Positions 38,776 through 51,943 of a stretch of 64,000 nt of DNA are shown piece by piece. The DNA comes from Eledone cirrhosa (Eukaryota). Position numbers and translations under genes: made by a program. The notes below the pieces were generated by a model that had not been told where the DNA came from, ran no database searches, and was given only the letters and a program-made list of their open reading frames with translations. Every line of letters begins with the position of its first letter. Position 1 is the first letter of the stretch. Location of the stretch: assembly GCA_964016885.1 (NCBI GenBank), contig OZ024740.1:147870001-147934000 (forward strand), in the 5' to 3' direction.

Positions 38776-40625
38776 TAGGTGGTTAGGGGAGAAGCTAGGC
38801 AACAAGTGTACTTTGCAAGAAGGGAAGCAGAAGATAAAAAACTTAAGCATGTTCTGCAACACAAGGACCAAAGACCTGATGTGTTCAGGATTGTGAGACA
38901 ATGTGTCAAGGAAAATTGTGATATTGTTGGGGAGAAGTGTGTCCATGATGATAATGGAGTACTTGCCCTCACTGATACTGATAAGTAGGTAGCATGGAAG
39001 TGCGACTGTGAAAGACTACTAAATGAGGAGAATGAATGGGATGAAGATAGTTTGCCACAAGTTGACCCAACAGAGAGACCAGCTGTGCAAGTTAATAGTA
39101 GTAGTAAGGCAATCAAAGATATTAAGACAAGTAAGGGAGCTGGACCTTTAGGGATAGATGCTGAGATATTGAAAGCGTCTGGAACGGTGGGACACACGAT
39201 AGTGACCCATATAGTAAACCAAGTGATACAAAATGACTGGCGTAGCAGCATCATCGTCAACTGCTACAACGGCAAAGGTGTCCTAGACAGAGAAAACTAT
39301 AGAGGCATCAAGTTGATGGACCAGGTCATGGAGGTAAAAGATAGTTATACCACAAGTGATTAGGGAACGGGTTAACCTAGATGAAGTTCAGATTTGTGAC
39401 ATGCAAATGTACCACTGATGCCCTCTTCCTTGTGAACCAACTACAGGAGAAGAAAGTAAACCCGTCTACCTGGCCTTTGTTGATCTGGAGAAAGCTAGTG
39501 ACAGAGTCCCCCATGTCATAATCTGGTGGGCTCTAAGAGAACTAGGAGTAGATGAGTGGCTTGTGAAGGCTGTACAATCCATGAATAGATGAACAGTTAG
39601 CAAAGTTAGGATTAACAATGACAATAGTGAAGAATTTAGTGTGTAGGTAGGTATCTACCGGAGCTCTGTTCTTAGCACTCTCCTGTTTATTACTGTTGTG
39701 GCGGATATAACAGAGGAGTTTAAGACTGGCTGCCCATGGGAACTCCTATATGCAAATGATCTAACACTTATAACTGAATCCAAATCTAGAAGCATGGCAC
39801 AAAATCAAAGGATCTGAAAGTCCACTTGGCAAAGAATAAGGTCCTAGTAAGTAGAAGGGAAAACAAGGCCCTGATCCCCTCAGGGAAATTGCCTTACTCA
39901 GTGTGCAGGAAAGACTATGGGTACACAAGAAATGTAGTGGGACCGCATGTTGGTTACCTAAGAATTTAGGCTTTACATGTGGCCGTTGCAAAGGAGCAGT
40001 AAGCAGCAAACGGTCACAGGAAAAAAGCTTTACCAACTTCTTGGAGGATTCTATAGAAGCAGTAGACAGCTTCTGCTACCAGGGTGACCAAATCAACAGT
40101 GGAGGTGGGTGTTCCAAAAGTACAGTAGTAAGGGTAAGAACATGATGGAAAAGTTTAAGAGCTACAACTACTGCTAGCTACTTAAGGTTTTTCACTCAAA
40201 ACAAAGGTCAAATTGTATAATGCAAGTATACAAACAATGTTGGATGGTAACGAGACCTGGGTACTGTGAACAGAGGACCTGTGGAGATTGGAAAGAAATG
40301 AAGCTTGCATGCTTCAATGGATGTGCAATAGTAATATAAATGAATGGCAACGCATAAGTGAACTGAGAGAGAAACTGGGTATAAAAGGGATCAGATGCAG
40401 TTTGCAGGAGAGTAGATTGCATTGGTATGGGCATGTGAAGGATGACAGCTATATATAAAGATGACAGAACATTAAAAGTTGATGGAAGCTATGGAGTAGG
40501 AAGACCTAGGAAGACTTGGGATGAGGTGATTAAAGCTGACTTTGTACAATTGTACCTCTCAAAACACAGGACCGAGATTTTTAGTGTTATGCAGCAATAC
40601 AGAAGACATGCCTTCCCCAGTGCAC
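38776..40625 (+). mobile_element. RTE-clade LINE remnant (frameshifted RT with an internal Cys/His motif)
   Basis: Fragments KGAGPLGIDAEILK, NYRGIKLMD, LAFVDLEKA.DRVP, ELLYAND, WVHKKCSG..FTCGRC, VDSFCYQGD, RLHWYGHV and GRPRKTW, with many stops and frameshifts. Confidence 0.9.
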
Positions 40626-40628
40626 CAG

Positions 40629-41914
40629 TTAAAGCATACATCGATTTAAGGCTTTTAACATATCGGGCCTGATTTCATCTCCAACAGGCTTGCCACATTG
40701 AAGCTCTCTAACTGCTCTTGTGACCTCAGCTTCTGAGAGATTAGTTACTGTTCCCAGATGCACCTCGTGTACATCAGAAGATGCTGTTGTGATCTGGTTT
40801 AGGAGATCAGCAAAGTATTCTCTCCACCTCATGATGATACACTTTCTGAAGAAGAGAACCGCAGACACGTTCTTGATAGCAGGTGTGGAGGAGGACTTCT
40901 TATGACGTCAGCTGGTCTGGCAGAACACTTTATTTGCTGATCTGAAGTCAGATTCCAGCTTAACCCCAAAGTCCTCCCATAATCTTAATTTTGGATACCT
41001 TTACTGTCTCTGCTGCGATTCTTCGTGCCTGTTTGTACCACAAGTGCAAGAAGGAGGATTTATTTCCAAGCCAAGCTTTGTAAGCCTCCTTCTTTGCTCG
41101 GATGGCATCTTTGACCTCTTGATTGAACCAAGGGGTCCTCCTGCCATCCGGCACCACACCAAGCCTCATTCACCCACAACATTTAACAAATATTCACACT
41201 GTGGCAGGTATTCAAGAAATCGTGGGAGTATTGAAAGAAGTATATTCTGGTTTTGTTGACCTTGAAAAGGCATATGACTGCATTCGGGACATACTGTGTA
41301 AGGTTCTGCAGGAGTGTGGGATTGTTGGTCAGCGTTTGTTTCTATAGAAATGCCCAAGTATTTGTGTTTGGATAAATGGTGCTAAATCGAAACCATTCAA
41401 TGTGGGAGCCAGACTCCACTAAGCGTGTACTGACGCCTCTCCAGTTCATTATTTACATGAACAGGATTGACATGCACAGCAGGGTTGGAAATGGTATCAT
41501 GACTGGCGAGTGTAAAATCAGTCGGCTGGAATTTGCAGATGACATGGTGTTACTTAACTCAACAGAAGGTGATCCCTGACTGGCACTTGATAGGTTTGAT
41601 GTTGAGTGCTACATGGCTGGAATGAAAATCAGTGCTGCGAAAACTGAGATACTCATCTCAAAGAAGCTTGCGTAGTGCACTCTGCATGTGAATGAAGTTC
41701 CACTGAAGGAGGTAGAAAAGTTCAAGTATCTTAGAGCTGTGTTCACGAGTGATGGGTGACTCTGAGCCAACCCTCTGTGAAACGTGCCAGTACTCAATAA
41801 AAAAACTAACAGCATGTAAACGAATCTTTGTTGTTTTTCTTAATATATACACTCTGCCTGTACATCAAGTGCTCAGTTTGGTACCACCGACAGTAATTCT
41901 TTGAATTACATACA

Positions 41915-41971
<57 letters not shown>

Positions 41972-42392
41972 CATATGTATATAAGGAGGAGGTAGATATT
42001 CCATATGGTGTACACAATATGCTGAGAGACTGTGAAGTCTAAGAAGAAATGGAGCAAACACGCTCCACTAGATATGTTAGGTTAGTGTACATGAATGACA
42101 AAGCACAAATGAGCTGAAAGATAATTGGATGTAAGAGAAATCAGATGTACTGAGCAAGAGAGAAGACTGCATTGGTATGAGCTGGTAGGGGTATGTGAAG
42201 TGTATGGAAGATGGCATCTGCATCAACAAGTATGTGTTTGTCGCTATGGCTTAGCTTCATATTTGAAACTACTATTTAAGGATCAAGTGGAGTTGGCATC
42301 AGAAAGAAGATCAGGGAACAGAATATAGCCCCCAAAACCTCTCATCCAACCCATACTAACATGGAAAGGGGATGTAAAAACAACAATGATGA
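40629..42392. mobile_element. Second RTE-like LINE remnant with an inverted 5' part
   Basis: Minus strand 40629-41160: TPWFNQEVKDAIRAKK, EAEVTRAVREL..GK..DEIRPDMLKAL. Plus strand from about 41190: FVDLEKAYD, LEFADDMVL, VEKFKYL, RRLHWY, then an RTE-type tail. Confidence 0.8.
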
Positions 42393-42477
42393 GACTAATT
42401 ACATGCCTTGAGCACTTTTTCTCTCATTTCTACATGTAAGTCATATAAGTGCATGCATATATAATATATATATATAT

Positions 42478-42557
<80 letters not shown>

Positions 42558-42825
42558 CAGAGAGAGATACTTTATGAGATAGAAAAGAACATTTTTTTCA
42601 GACACATTAATACACACATTCATATATGAAACAATCTCCTACATGTATGATATTGTGTAACAAACACCTACACATTTGGATTATTATTTATGAGCTTCAT
42701 ACCTTTTATAATCTAAATGTAATGTAATATATCCAAACGAATGACACAAAATAAAAACATTTCTAAAGCAAATTGCTTTTATAAATTCACTTCATTAATT
42801 GTAATAATCAAATTGTAATAATCAA

Positions 42826-42946
42826 TGATCTGAGTTCAAATCCCGCCGAGGTTGACTTTGCCTTTCATCCTTACAGGGTCGATAAAATAAAGTACCAGTA
42901 ATGCACTGGATAATTGCTGGCCTTGTGGCTAAAGTAGAAACAATTA
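42826..42946 (+). mobile_element. 5'-truncated SINE, family 1
   Basis: B box to tail only, flanked by AATTGTAATAATCAA direct repeats (target-site-duplication-like). Confidence 0.85.
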
Positions 42947-43289
42947 ATTGTAATAATCAAAATTATTAGCATCTATATTCATGTTTACATTTATAACATA
43001 TTTACATATACTAATTGTTGACACAGATGTTGATAATTTAACAGTATAAAAAAAACTGCATACATCCTTACATATATACAAATACACACACGCACAAACT
43101 ATATATATATTGATTTCTACTTATTTCTAGAGTTTCATGTATTCAGTCCCTCAGATGGGAAAAATACTGAATTTAGCCTTTTCCTGTCTGAGGAGCTACA
43201 ACATAGATAAAGTGCTGTATGTGTCTCTTTAACTCTGTTGGATTGCACATGTGGGACATTTCTCATCACTCTTACCAGGTCTGCTATCA

Positions 43290-43850
43290 AGATATTGAGC
43301 TTAGTAATATCTGTGATAGCTTAGTTCTGATGGTTTGGGATAATGTGAATGGAGGATTTGGGCTTTATCGTTCCTAGTTTCCATCCAGAGTTCTGTGTCT
43401 AACATGAGTAATCTATGGTTGAGGTGCTTAGTGGGGTGGTCTACAGTTACTTTAATGCTCTGGTGGATGGAGCTAACTATTTGCTGAATGCTCTCCATGG
43501 TGCTAGCATCTAGTTCCGATTCATGGGTACTCTCTCATGGGGTATTTTAAACCACTATATTGATATCATCAACATAGCGAGAGTACATGGCTATGGTTAT
43601 GGAATTCTCAACTAAGCATTCCTTGTCACCATGAACAGAATGGTTACATCAACAGCAATGCTGATGCCAATGATAGCTTCCTGTTCTTAGTGTATATTTT
43701 ATTATTGAACTCAAACACATGGCCATTTAGGGTAGTTTTAATATTCACACCCACTGCATATGCAATCATTCTTTGACGTGCTTTTTGGAGGTCTGTATGG
43801 CACTGATCTATCTGCTCCATCTTCCCATTGGGGTCTTTTTGAGCAGTGAG
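43290..43850 (-). mobile_element. Penelope-like element reverse-transcriptase remnant
   Basis: Minus strand MYSRYVDDINI (about 43558-43590), followed by SIHQSIKVTVDHP...LMLDTELW...ILHSHYPKP, typical of the PLE RT palm/thumb. Confidence 0.75.
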
Positions 43851-44854
43851 GTGATGGTCTACTGGGGCAGAAAAAGCTTTCTATTGGTAATATTGGCAAC
43901 GTGACCATCCCCAAATATAACTATATTGGTTTCAACACACAATTTCACATCAAGAATTTTTCAGAACAAATACATAAACATATATATATATATATGCTTA
44001 ACTCTCCTCTTGTAAATCCATTTTATTCCAGTCAGTAATGAGAATGTATCAATGTTGAACTGACAAATAGCTAACTGGTTTAAACAAAAGACATTCCATT
44101 GAACTGGAAAAAACAACAGAAAACTATCTGGTGCATTATTTTCATGAAATAAAGAGCAACTCTTTTGGTATTTTTTAGTGACACACAGTTAGTGGATACA
44201 TGTAGCTTGCAATGCCAAAGATAGCAGCTTCTCCAATATCTTGATGATATAAATTACTATATATTTTCCCTTCTAGCATTGAGTCTCTCCAGAGAGTGTA
44301 GCATTTGCATAGGGATGATCTTCTTTGTGTAGAAACAGGGCTGGATTAATTCGTTTTGTGGACTAAGCATTTAAAAGATTATGGTGTACCCCATATATAA
44401 AGTCTGCAAATGAATTTTCTTTTTGTAATGACAAATGCATTTTAATAGAATGGTGCCCCTTTTCCTTTGATGCCCCAAGCATATTATTTTGCATACTATG
44501 AGGAAACCAAAATTAAGACTAACAATGTGTCTATGAGAGGAGTAACATAATTTCATATTCTCAGACTCCGTCGTGCTAGTCATCTGCACACAGTTAACAA
44601 TTTAGTGATATGAGCATGAAATCATCCATTATTACCTATGATTTCTAGCGCAAATTTTGATTGACTCTCACATATTATACATACACATCAATTCTAAGCA
44701 AATTGCAAGCATCCCTCTGTACATATAGTGATGTAATATTATAATCTACAAGATTATTGGGTAGTTACCCCGCTTCCCCTTTGTTTTTGACTGGGACACT
44801 TCACAAAATATGACAATTTTTTGTAAAGTAACGATTTTTTCCTTTAAAGTTGTT

Positions 44855-45040
44855 TTGCACCTGACAAGAGAAGCCAGTTTCAGAATAGCTTCTCCACTAT
44901 ACAGTGGTGGCCATAACTGTACCACAAAACCTAAGGCTGTGCATACATGTTAAGTGTATGCAATTTAATATAAACTAAATAATCTCTCTAGTATTAGATT
45001 GAGCATTGTTTTCCTTGGCATTTTATCTACAGATAACCTG
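44855..45040. mobile_element. Partial copy of the same fold-back MITE as 648-934
   Basis: Shares CTATACAGTGGTGGCCATAACTG...TAATATAAACTAAATAA...TAGATTGAG...ACCTG with 795-934. Confidence 0.65.
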
Positions 45041-45181
45041 CACACACACACACACACACACGTGTGTGTGTGTGTATATATACACACACGTCTAACCCAT
45101 GTTAACGTGGAAGAATGGACGTAAAATGGTGATGATGATGATGATGGCACACATATATACATATATATACATATACAACAC

Positions 45182-45507
45182 ATGGATGTGTTGAGAGAGA
45201 AGCCGTGTCTGAGAGGCATACATTTTAGTGTGCGGGAGAGGAGACTGCGATGGTATGGACATGTGATGCACATGGAGGATGACCGATGGGTGAAGAAGTG
45301 CCAAGAAATGCCAGTTGAAGGAAGACGTAGTAGAGGAAGACCACGAAAAACATGGGCGGAGGTGGTGAGAGCAGACCTCAGATCGCTGAAGCTCACGGTG
45401 GAGATGACGAAGGACCGTGACAAGTGGAGAGATGCTGTGCTGAATAAGACCCGTCCCACCCTTGCAAGCAGGGAAAAGCGGACGTAAAATGATGATGATG
45501 ATGATGA
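45182..45507 (+). mobile_element. Young 5'-truncated RTE LINE 3' end
   Basis: Open frame [35 protein letters not shown]...DRDKWR, followed by a (GAT)n tail. Confidence 0.9.
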
Positions 45508-46184
45508 TATATATATATACACACATATATATACATATATATATATATATACATACATAAATACATAAATATATACATACATATATACATAAATATATAC
45601 ATACATATATACATAAATATATACATACATATATACATAGATAAATACATATATACATAGATAAATACATATATACATAAATACATATATATATATATTT
45701 ACATAAATACATATATATACATATATATGCATACATATATACACATATATACATATATATGCATACATATATACACATATATATATATATGCATACATAT
45801 ATACACATATATGCATACATATATACACATATATGCATACATATATACAGGTATATGCATACATATATACACGTATATGCATACATATATACACGTATAT
45901 GCATACATATATACACATATATACATATATATGCATACATATATACACGTATATGCATACATATATACACGTATATGCATACATATATACATGTATATGC
46001 ATACATATATACACGTATATGCATACATATATACACATATATGCATACATATATACACATATATGCATACATATATACACGTATATGCATACATATATAC
46101 ACATATATGCATACATATATACACGTATATGCATACATATATACACGTATATGCATATATACATACACGTATATGCATATATAC

Positions 46185-46216
<32 letters not shown>

Positions 46217-46456
46217 TCATATATAAGTCCAGAATTAGCCGTCGAAACGGCTTGAGCTCAGCTGTCGGGGTCTTACTGGTTCCTATTCATATATATATAT
46301 ATATATATTCATACATATCTATATATATATACATATATATTATACATATATATATATTCATATATATATATATATATTCATACATATCTATATATATATA
46401 CATATATATTATACATATATATATATTCATATATATATATATATTCATATATATAT

Positions 46457-46488
<32 letters not shown>

Positions 46489-46490
46489 TC
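45508..46490. repeat. (TA)-derived micro/minisatellite, including about 20 copies of a 22-bp unit
   Basis: ATATGCATACATATATACAC(G/A)T repeated at about 45725-46180. It is the source of the long YICM ORFs. Confidence 0.92.
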
Positions 46491-46790
46491 ATATCATCAT
46501 CATCATCATCATCAACGTTTAACGTCCGTGTTCCACGCTTGCATGGGTTTGGACGGGGGTAGTCCCACTTGAGGCAAGAGTGATTGTCTTGCTCGCATAG
46601 GACTGTCTGGCAGGTTTTCTACAGTTGGATGCCCTTCCTAACACCAACCACATTTACATATATATATATACATATATATACATATATATACATATATATA
46701 CATACATATCTATATATATATATATACATATCTATATATATATACATATCTATATATATATACATATCTATATATATTATACAATATATT

Positions 46791-47131
46791 CATTCATTCA
46801 TTCATTTCATTTTACGTCCACATTTCCCTGCTTGCAAGGGTGGGACGGGAACTGATTCTGGCTTGATTTCTACAGCTGGATGCCCTTCCTAACACCAACC
46901 TCATTACAGTGAGTGCTGGGTGCTTTTTGCCGTGGCACCTCCACGACCACTCTGCAGTGGAATGATAAGGACCCCAGTCCCTATCATCTCATTTCTACAG
47001 CTGAGTAAACTGGAGCAATGTGAAATAAAGTGTCTTGCTCAAGGAAACAACACATCACCCGGTCTGACAATTGAACTCACAACCTTTCGATTGCAAGGCC
47101 AATGCTCTAACCACTAAGCCATGTGCCTCCA
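46791..47131 (-). mobile_element. CORE-like SINE, family 2
   Basis: Near-identical reverse complement of 30886-31220; the spurious ORFs 30901-31140 and 46920-47117 are almost the same. Confidence 0.9.
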
Positions 47132-47840
47132 TCATATATATATATACATATATATATACACATACACATATATATACATGTATATAAACATATACACATA
47201 TATACACGTATATATACATATATATATACACACACACACGCACAAATACACATATGAGCATATGCATAGATATAGCTGTTTTTGTTTTTTTAATGTACAC
47301 ACATCCTTTTAAATATCTAAGTGAACTTTGAATTCACAAAGATAAGTTCTTGATCTAATAACCAGCAATAATAAAAAAAAAAAAATTTATTTCAAAATTG
47401 ATGGCTTTTAATAAACATTACAGAGACTATATATTAAAAGTCCATTGTTTTTGTAGAGATAAAGAAAATATTCAGAGAGTGGTAATATAATTTTGACCAA
47501 AATTTCGATTGACATTTATTTAAGTGCAATGAAAACTCCCATAAAGGATAATTGTTTTGACTGATTATTTTGATCTAGTTCTTACAACTATTTCAATTTT
47601 GTTATGATAGCCAAACATATAACCAACCCATCTAAAGGGAATGGTTTTGTTTATTTTTAGCAGTGTTTTAGCTATTCTTAAACAATCAGGGTGCAGTAAC
47701 TGTATTGATGTAGAATTGAAATGGCTAAGCATTTAAGTTATTGAGCCAAAGGCATGTGAGTTGAGTTCATATATCATTTAGGAATTTTCTCTCTCTCTCT
47801 CTCTCCCTCACCATCTTCGTGTTATATGAGATAGAGAATT

Positions 47841-47955
47841 TATATATATATATATATATACACATTGTATGGCAAACAGCTTTTTTTTTTAGATATATAG
47901 TGATATATATATATATATATCACTATATGTCTAAAAAAAGCTGTTTGCCATACAA

Positions 47956-47985
<30 letters not shown>
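47841..47985. repeat. Palindrome centred on (TA)n
   Basis: CACATTGTATGGCAAACAGCTTTT..AGATATATAGTGATA / TATCACTATATGTCTAAAAAAAGCTGTTTGCCATACAATGTG. A third copy of the arm lies at 48516-48558. Confidence 0.9.
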
Positions 47986-48016
<31 letters not shown>

Positions 48017-48979
48017 GTTTATATATATATATATATATATATATAAATCAGGATTGAATCAGTTTGAAACTGGTTAGACCATTACTCAATAGAGTACTCG
48101 ATACTTGAGGTAGTAGAGTATTATATATATATTAGGCTGTCAATTGACAAAATCAGTAGAACATTTGATGTATTCGTTCTGACTCTCTGCAATCTAAGTT
48201 CAAACCCAAACACCGTCAATTTTGCCTCTCATCTTTTCAGATTTGATAAATAAAGTACCAATCCAATTCTCAGTTGATTCTTCTTTTATATATCTTTCAG
48301 ATATTTCAAATTATGGTGATAATTAGCTACAATAATCAAACTAGCCTTGCATACTATAAGGTCATAGTAACATGACCCAATATCATTCCAATCAGAAGAT
48401 GAGACTATCAATGTCTAGAAACGTGGTGAATTTGGGAACTATACTGTTCCAAACAAACTGCAGAGAATTCATATGAAAAAATCTTGATAAAAATGAAATT
48501 AGAGCATAGTCATGTTATCACTATATGTCTAAAGAAAAAGCTGTTTGCCATACAATGTAAGATTGTAGTACATATTTTCGAGTGAGTATCTTGCATTCAG
48601 AGATCACTTGTACCACCATCTCTTCTCTTTCACCAAATATTGTACATACTTATAGAATGTGTGGTACATAAGGATGGTGTCATTATCTATATTCTTTCAG
48701 ATATATTTCATTCTTATAGCATGATCCTTCATGGCTATGATTAAGCCCTCTGCTTGTATGTATCTCTCTCTCTTTCTCTCTTCAGACTTCTCTCCTTTAG
48801 TCGTTAGAATGATGTTCTTCAGTATTTGGGAAAAAAATTTACATATAAGCTTTTCTGTTCATATTTTTGCTTACTAGTTTTAAAGGCTTCACTTTTTTCC
48901 TTTCCATCACTAAGTATTACACCTCACTGTACTAGTATCAAGAGCACCTCTTCACTATATGCATCATTATTATTAGGTG

Positions 48980-49265
48980 GACTTTGCTTTTCATCCTTAC
49001 GGGGTCGATAAAATAAAGTACCAGTAATGTACTGGGTAATTGCTGACCTTGTGTCTAAAGTAGAAACAATTATTATTAGGTGGATTGGCAGTATCGGTAG
49101 AGGGTCGGACCCATGCTTTGACACATAGAGTTACAGCCCTTGCCATTCTGAGTTCAAATCCCGCCAAGGTTAACTTTGCCTTTCATCCTTACGGGGTTGA
49201 TAAAATAAAGTACCAGTAATGCACTGGGTAATTGCTGGCCTTGTGCCAAAAGTAGAAACAATTAT
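48980..49265 (+). mobile_element. Tandem SINE family 1 copies (truncated then full)
   Basis: Core plus tail at 48980-49075, then a full copy at 49078-49262. Confidence 0.88.
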
Positions 49266-49289
49266 TACTATGGTTCATTTTTGTAAATC

Positions 49290-49935
49290 TCAGACAGATC
49301 TTAAATAATATGGATATTTCAGTTAAACAAGACTTTCCTTAAAATCTTTGCTGTGTTAAGAAGTGCTGTCTTCTGCATGACCTGTAACCTTGCATCAATT
49401 CTGATTCTATTTACACAGTCTGAGAAATTGTCCGATATGCAACCCAATGCTCCAATCATCACTGGAATAACTAAAATCTTCTTCCTCCCTCACAACTTTC
49501 TAACCTCCTCCTTCAGTACCTCATACTTCTCCATCTTTTCATGCTCTTTATCCTTCACTCTACAATCTACTGTGACAGATATATCGATAATTTGGGCATC
49601 TTTTTTCTTCTTGTTTACAACTAAAATGTCTGGCCTTCTTGTCACAATTATTCTATTGCATTAAATGGTGAAGTCCCACAAAAGCTTAATTTCGTCATTC
49701 TCTAATACCCCATCTGGTCTTTATTCATACCATTCAGTTGCTCTAGCAAACCCACATTTCTCAGATATCAACCAATGGATATATCTGGCAACATTATCAT
49801 GTCGTCTTTTGTACTCTCACTATGCCAACGTAACACATTCGCTTACAATATGGCTGACTATTCCTTCTTTTGTTCCACACATTCTACATAATGGCAATTT
49901 TATCATTTTGTCTACATGGTGTTTTATTCATAATG
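49290..49935 (-). mobile_element. R4/Dong-like LINE 3' end (zinc knuckle plus restriction-like endonuclease)
   Basis: CRMC.....SHIVSEC, RHDNVARYIHW, KLLWDFTI, RRPDILVV..AQIIDISV, IGALG and QKTALLNTAKILRKV. Bounded by (TAA)n. Confidence 0.8.
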
Positions 49936-49994
49936 ATTTTATCGTAATGTCAACATTACTATTATTATTATTCCCATTATTATTTTATTGCGCA

Positions 49995-50290
49995 TCATTA
50001 CTGCTTACTGAGTACAGCCCTGTGCCTCTTGGGTATGAGCAGTGTAGTTTTTGCTGATGTTGTTTCTATTGTATTGATAGTACTTTTCAGAATATGTGTG
50101 CAGTGCCTAGTAGTGCTATATTTTGTATGCTGCATAATTTGTAAATCCTGGGGTTTTGGCAATGTATTTGTCTGTGTGTTTTTTATCATTCCTATTACTA
50201 TAGGTATTGTTTCTGTTTTCCTTTTCCATATTCGAGTTATTTTTATCTCTAGATGTTTATATTTGGAGAGTTTCTCTATTTCCTTGGAAG
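49995..50290 (-). mobile_element. Second R4/Dong-like 3' fragment
   Basis: TIPIVIGMIK...LGTAHI..KVL terminal motif, between (TAA)n tracts. Confidence 0.6.
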
Positions 50291-50309
50291 ATATATTGTT
50301 ATTATTATT

Positions 50310-50512
50310 AGTATCAGTAGAGAGTCGGACACCATGCTTTGCAGCATAGAGCTACAGTCCTTTACAATTTGAGTCCAAATCCTGCCGAGGTTAACTTTGC
50401 CTTTCATCCTTACGGAGTCGATAAAATAAAGCACCAGTAACATTTAATCGACTTTCTCCTCCTCCCAAATTACTGGCCTGGTGCCTATAGTATAATTCAT
50501 TATTATTATTAT
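50310..50512 (+). mobile_element. SINE family 1 copy
   Basis: GTATCAGTAGAGAGTCGGAC...GCCTTTCATCCTTACGGAGTCGATAAAAT, with an (ATT)n tail. Confidence 0.85.
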
Positions 50513-50829
50513 TAGGGAGAATTCATGGATGCTATTAGCAAAAATGTAGCACAAATGATTTCCAAAGACCTAGTTTTAAAAAAAAAAGCTACATATTTGA
50601 GCTCATTCTTAAATACAGAATACCTCTATTCAGCAAGATCAACTGAGTGGTTTGTATTCAATTTCTTCCTTATTCATGGGCTTATTTAAGAAAATGAATT
50701 GACTTAAGAGAGCCCAAGCTGCAATGAAGAGTCTCTTCTTTTAGCTCCTGATCCCTCTGCATAAGTACATCAAAACTAAAGTTTGTTATATAAAAGCTAA
50801 ATTAACAAAGATTATTTTTTAGCCTCAGG

Positions 50830-51510
50830 TAATCAATTCATAGTGTCTAGTAATCCAAAGGCTCTTAGTTCCTCCATTGAAAATACTGACATGTATTTTC
50901 TAAGCTTCAATGACACCAAACTACATTACTGTGGAATATCTACTTCAACACGTTTACCTCTACAGCCTCCTGCCTTCCATCACACAGCCCCAAGATACTG
51001 GAATTCCTCCACCTGTTTCAGTGGATCTCCACTGCACAGGCTTCCTTGAGAGGATGAGTGGCTCAGTCTTCACAACACTAATTTTCATTTGGCAGCAAAC
51101 TTATGGAGTCATGTCAGAGATCACCTTCTGGTGAGTTAGAATATTCCATGTCATCTGTAAATTTCAGCCAATTGATCCTACACCCACCAGTCTCCATACT
51201 ACTTCCAACTCAGCTGCACATGTCAATCCTGTCTATGAAGATATGAACAGGAGTCTGAAAACCACATTGAATGATTTTGACTTAGCACCAAACACAAATA
51301 GTAGGGCATTTGTATAGAGATATCAGCGCAACAAGAAGTTTTCAATCAATTCCCTACTCCTGCCGAACCTTAAACAACAGGTCCTGTGGAACATGATCAT
51401 ATGCCTTTTTGAAGTCTACAAAACAAGCATACGCCTCTTAGCAATTCTCTCATGATTTCTTAAAGATCTGGGCCAGCATGAATGTTTGGTTGGCAATAAT
51501 GTGTCCATAG
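50830..51510 (-). mobile_element. RTE-like RT remnant
   Basis: Minus strand ACFVDFKKAYD (about 51400-51430) and LKFTDDM (about 51147-51168). Confidence 0.75.
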
Positions 51511-51897
51511 CATTGCAAGACAATAAGGGAACCTCTATGCAATCGTTTGAACAGCTAGAATACATTATGATTGAAAAATATGAAATGGTGATGACTGCAA
51601 TAACAACAATAAAGTTTAACCACATGCTTAATTAAAACATATCAATATCTAATGTTATTTCACATAAGCACACTAAGAAAGAAGCTCTATTATAAAGATA
51701 CAATTTTCCCCATAATTCTAATAATTAAAAACAAATCAAAGCCACCTTCTTTACCAAATAATTAAACAAATAAACTCTCACAAATTTCTAAAACCTAATC
51801 AATAAGCAATCTGAAGTTTAGATGCAGAGAATGTGTTGCAGCACATGGCAAGCCAGATGAGAGAATTAACCCCTCAAATGAAATGTGTATGCATGCG

Positions 51898-51943
<46 letters not shown>

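Noticed and set aside
45725-46180. Regular 22-bp repeats resembling a CRISPR array
   Set aside because: No unique spacers, eukaryotic context and no cas genes; it is a minisatellite.
44965-46470. Long ORFs up to 399 aa (YICM/HTYI repeats)
   Set aside because: They are translations of TA/CA-derived satellites that lack stop codons. The same applies to ORFs at 9384, 11608, 14575, 22339, 23725 and 34696.
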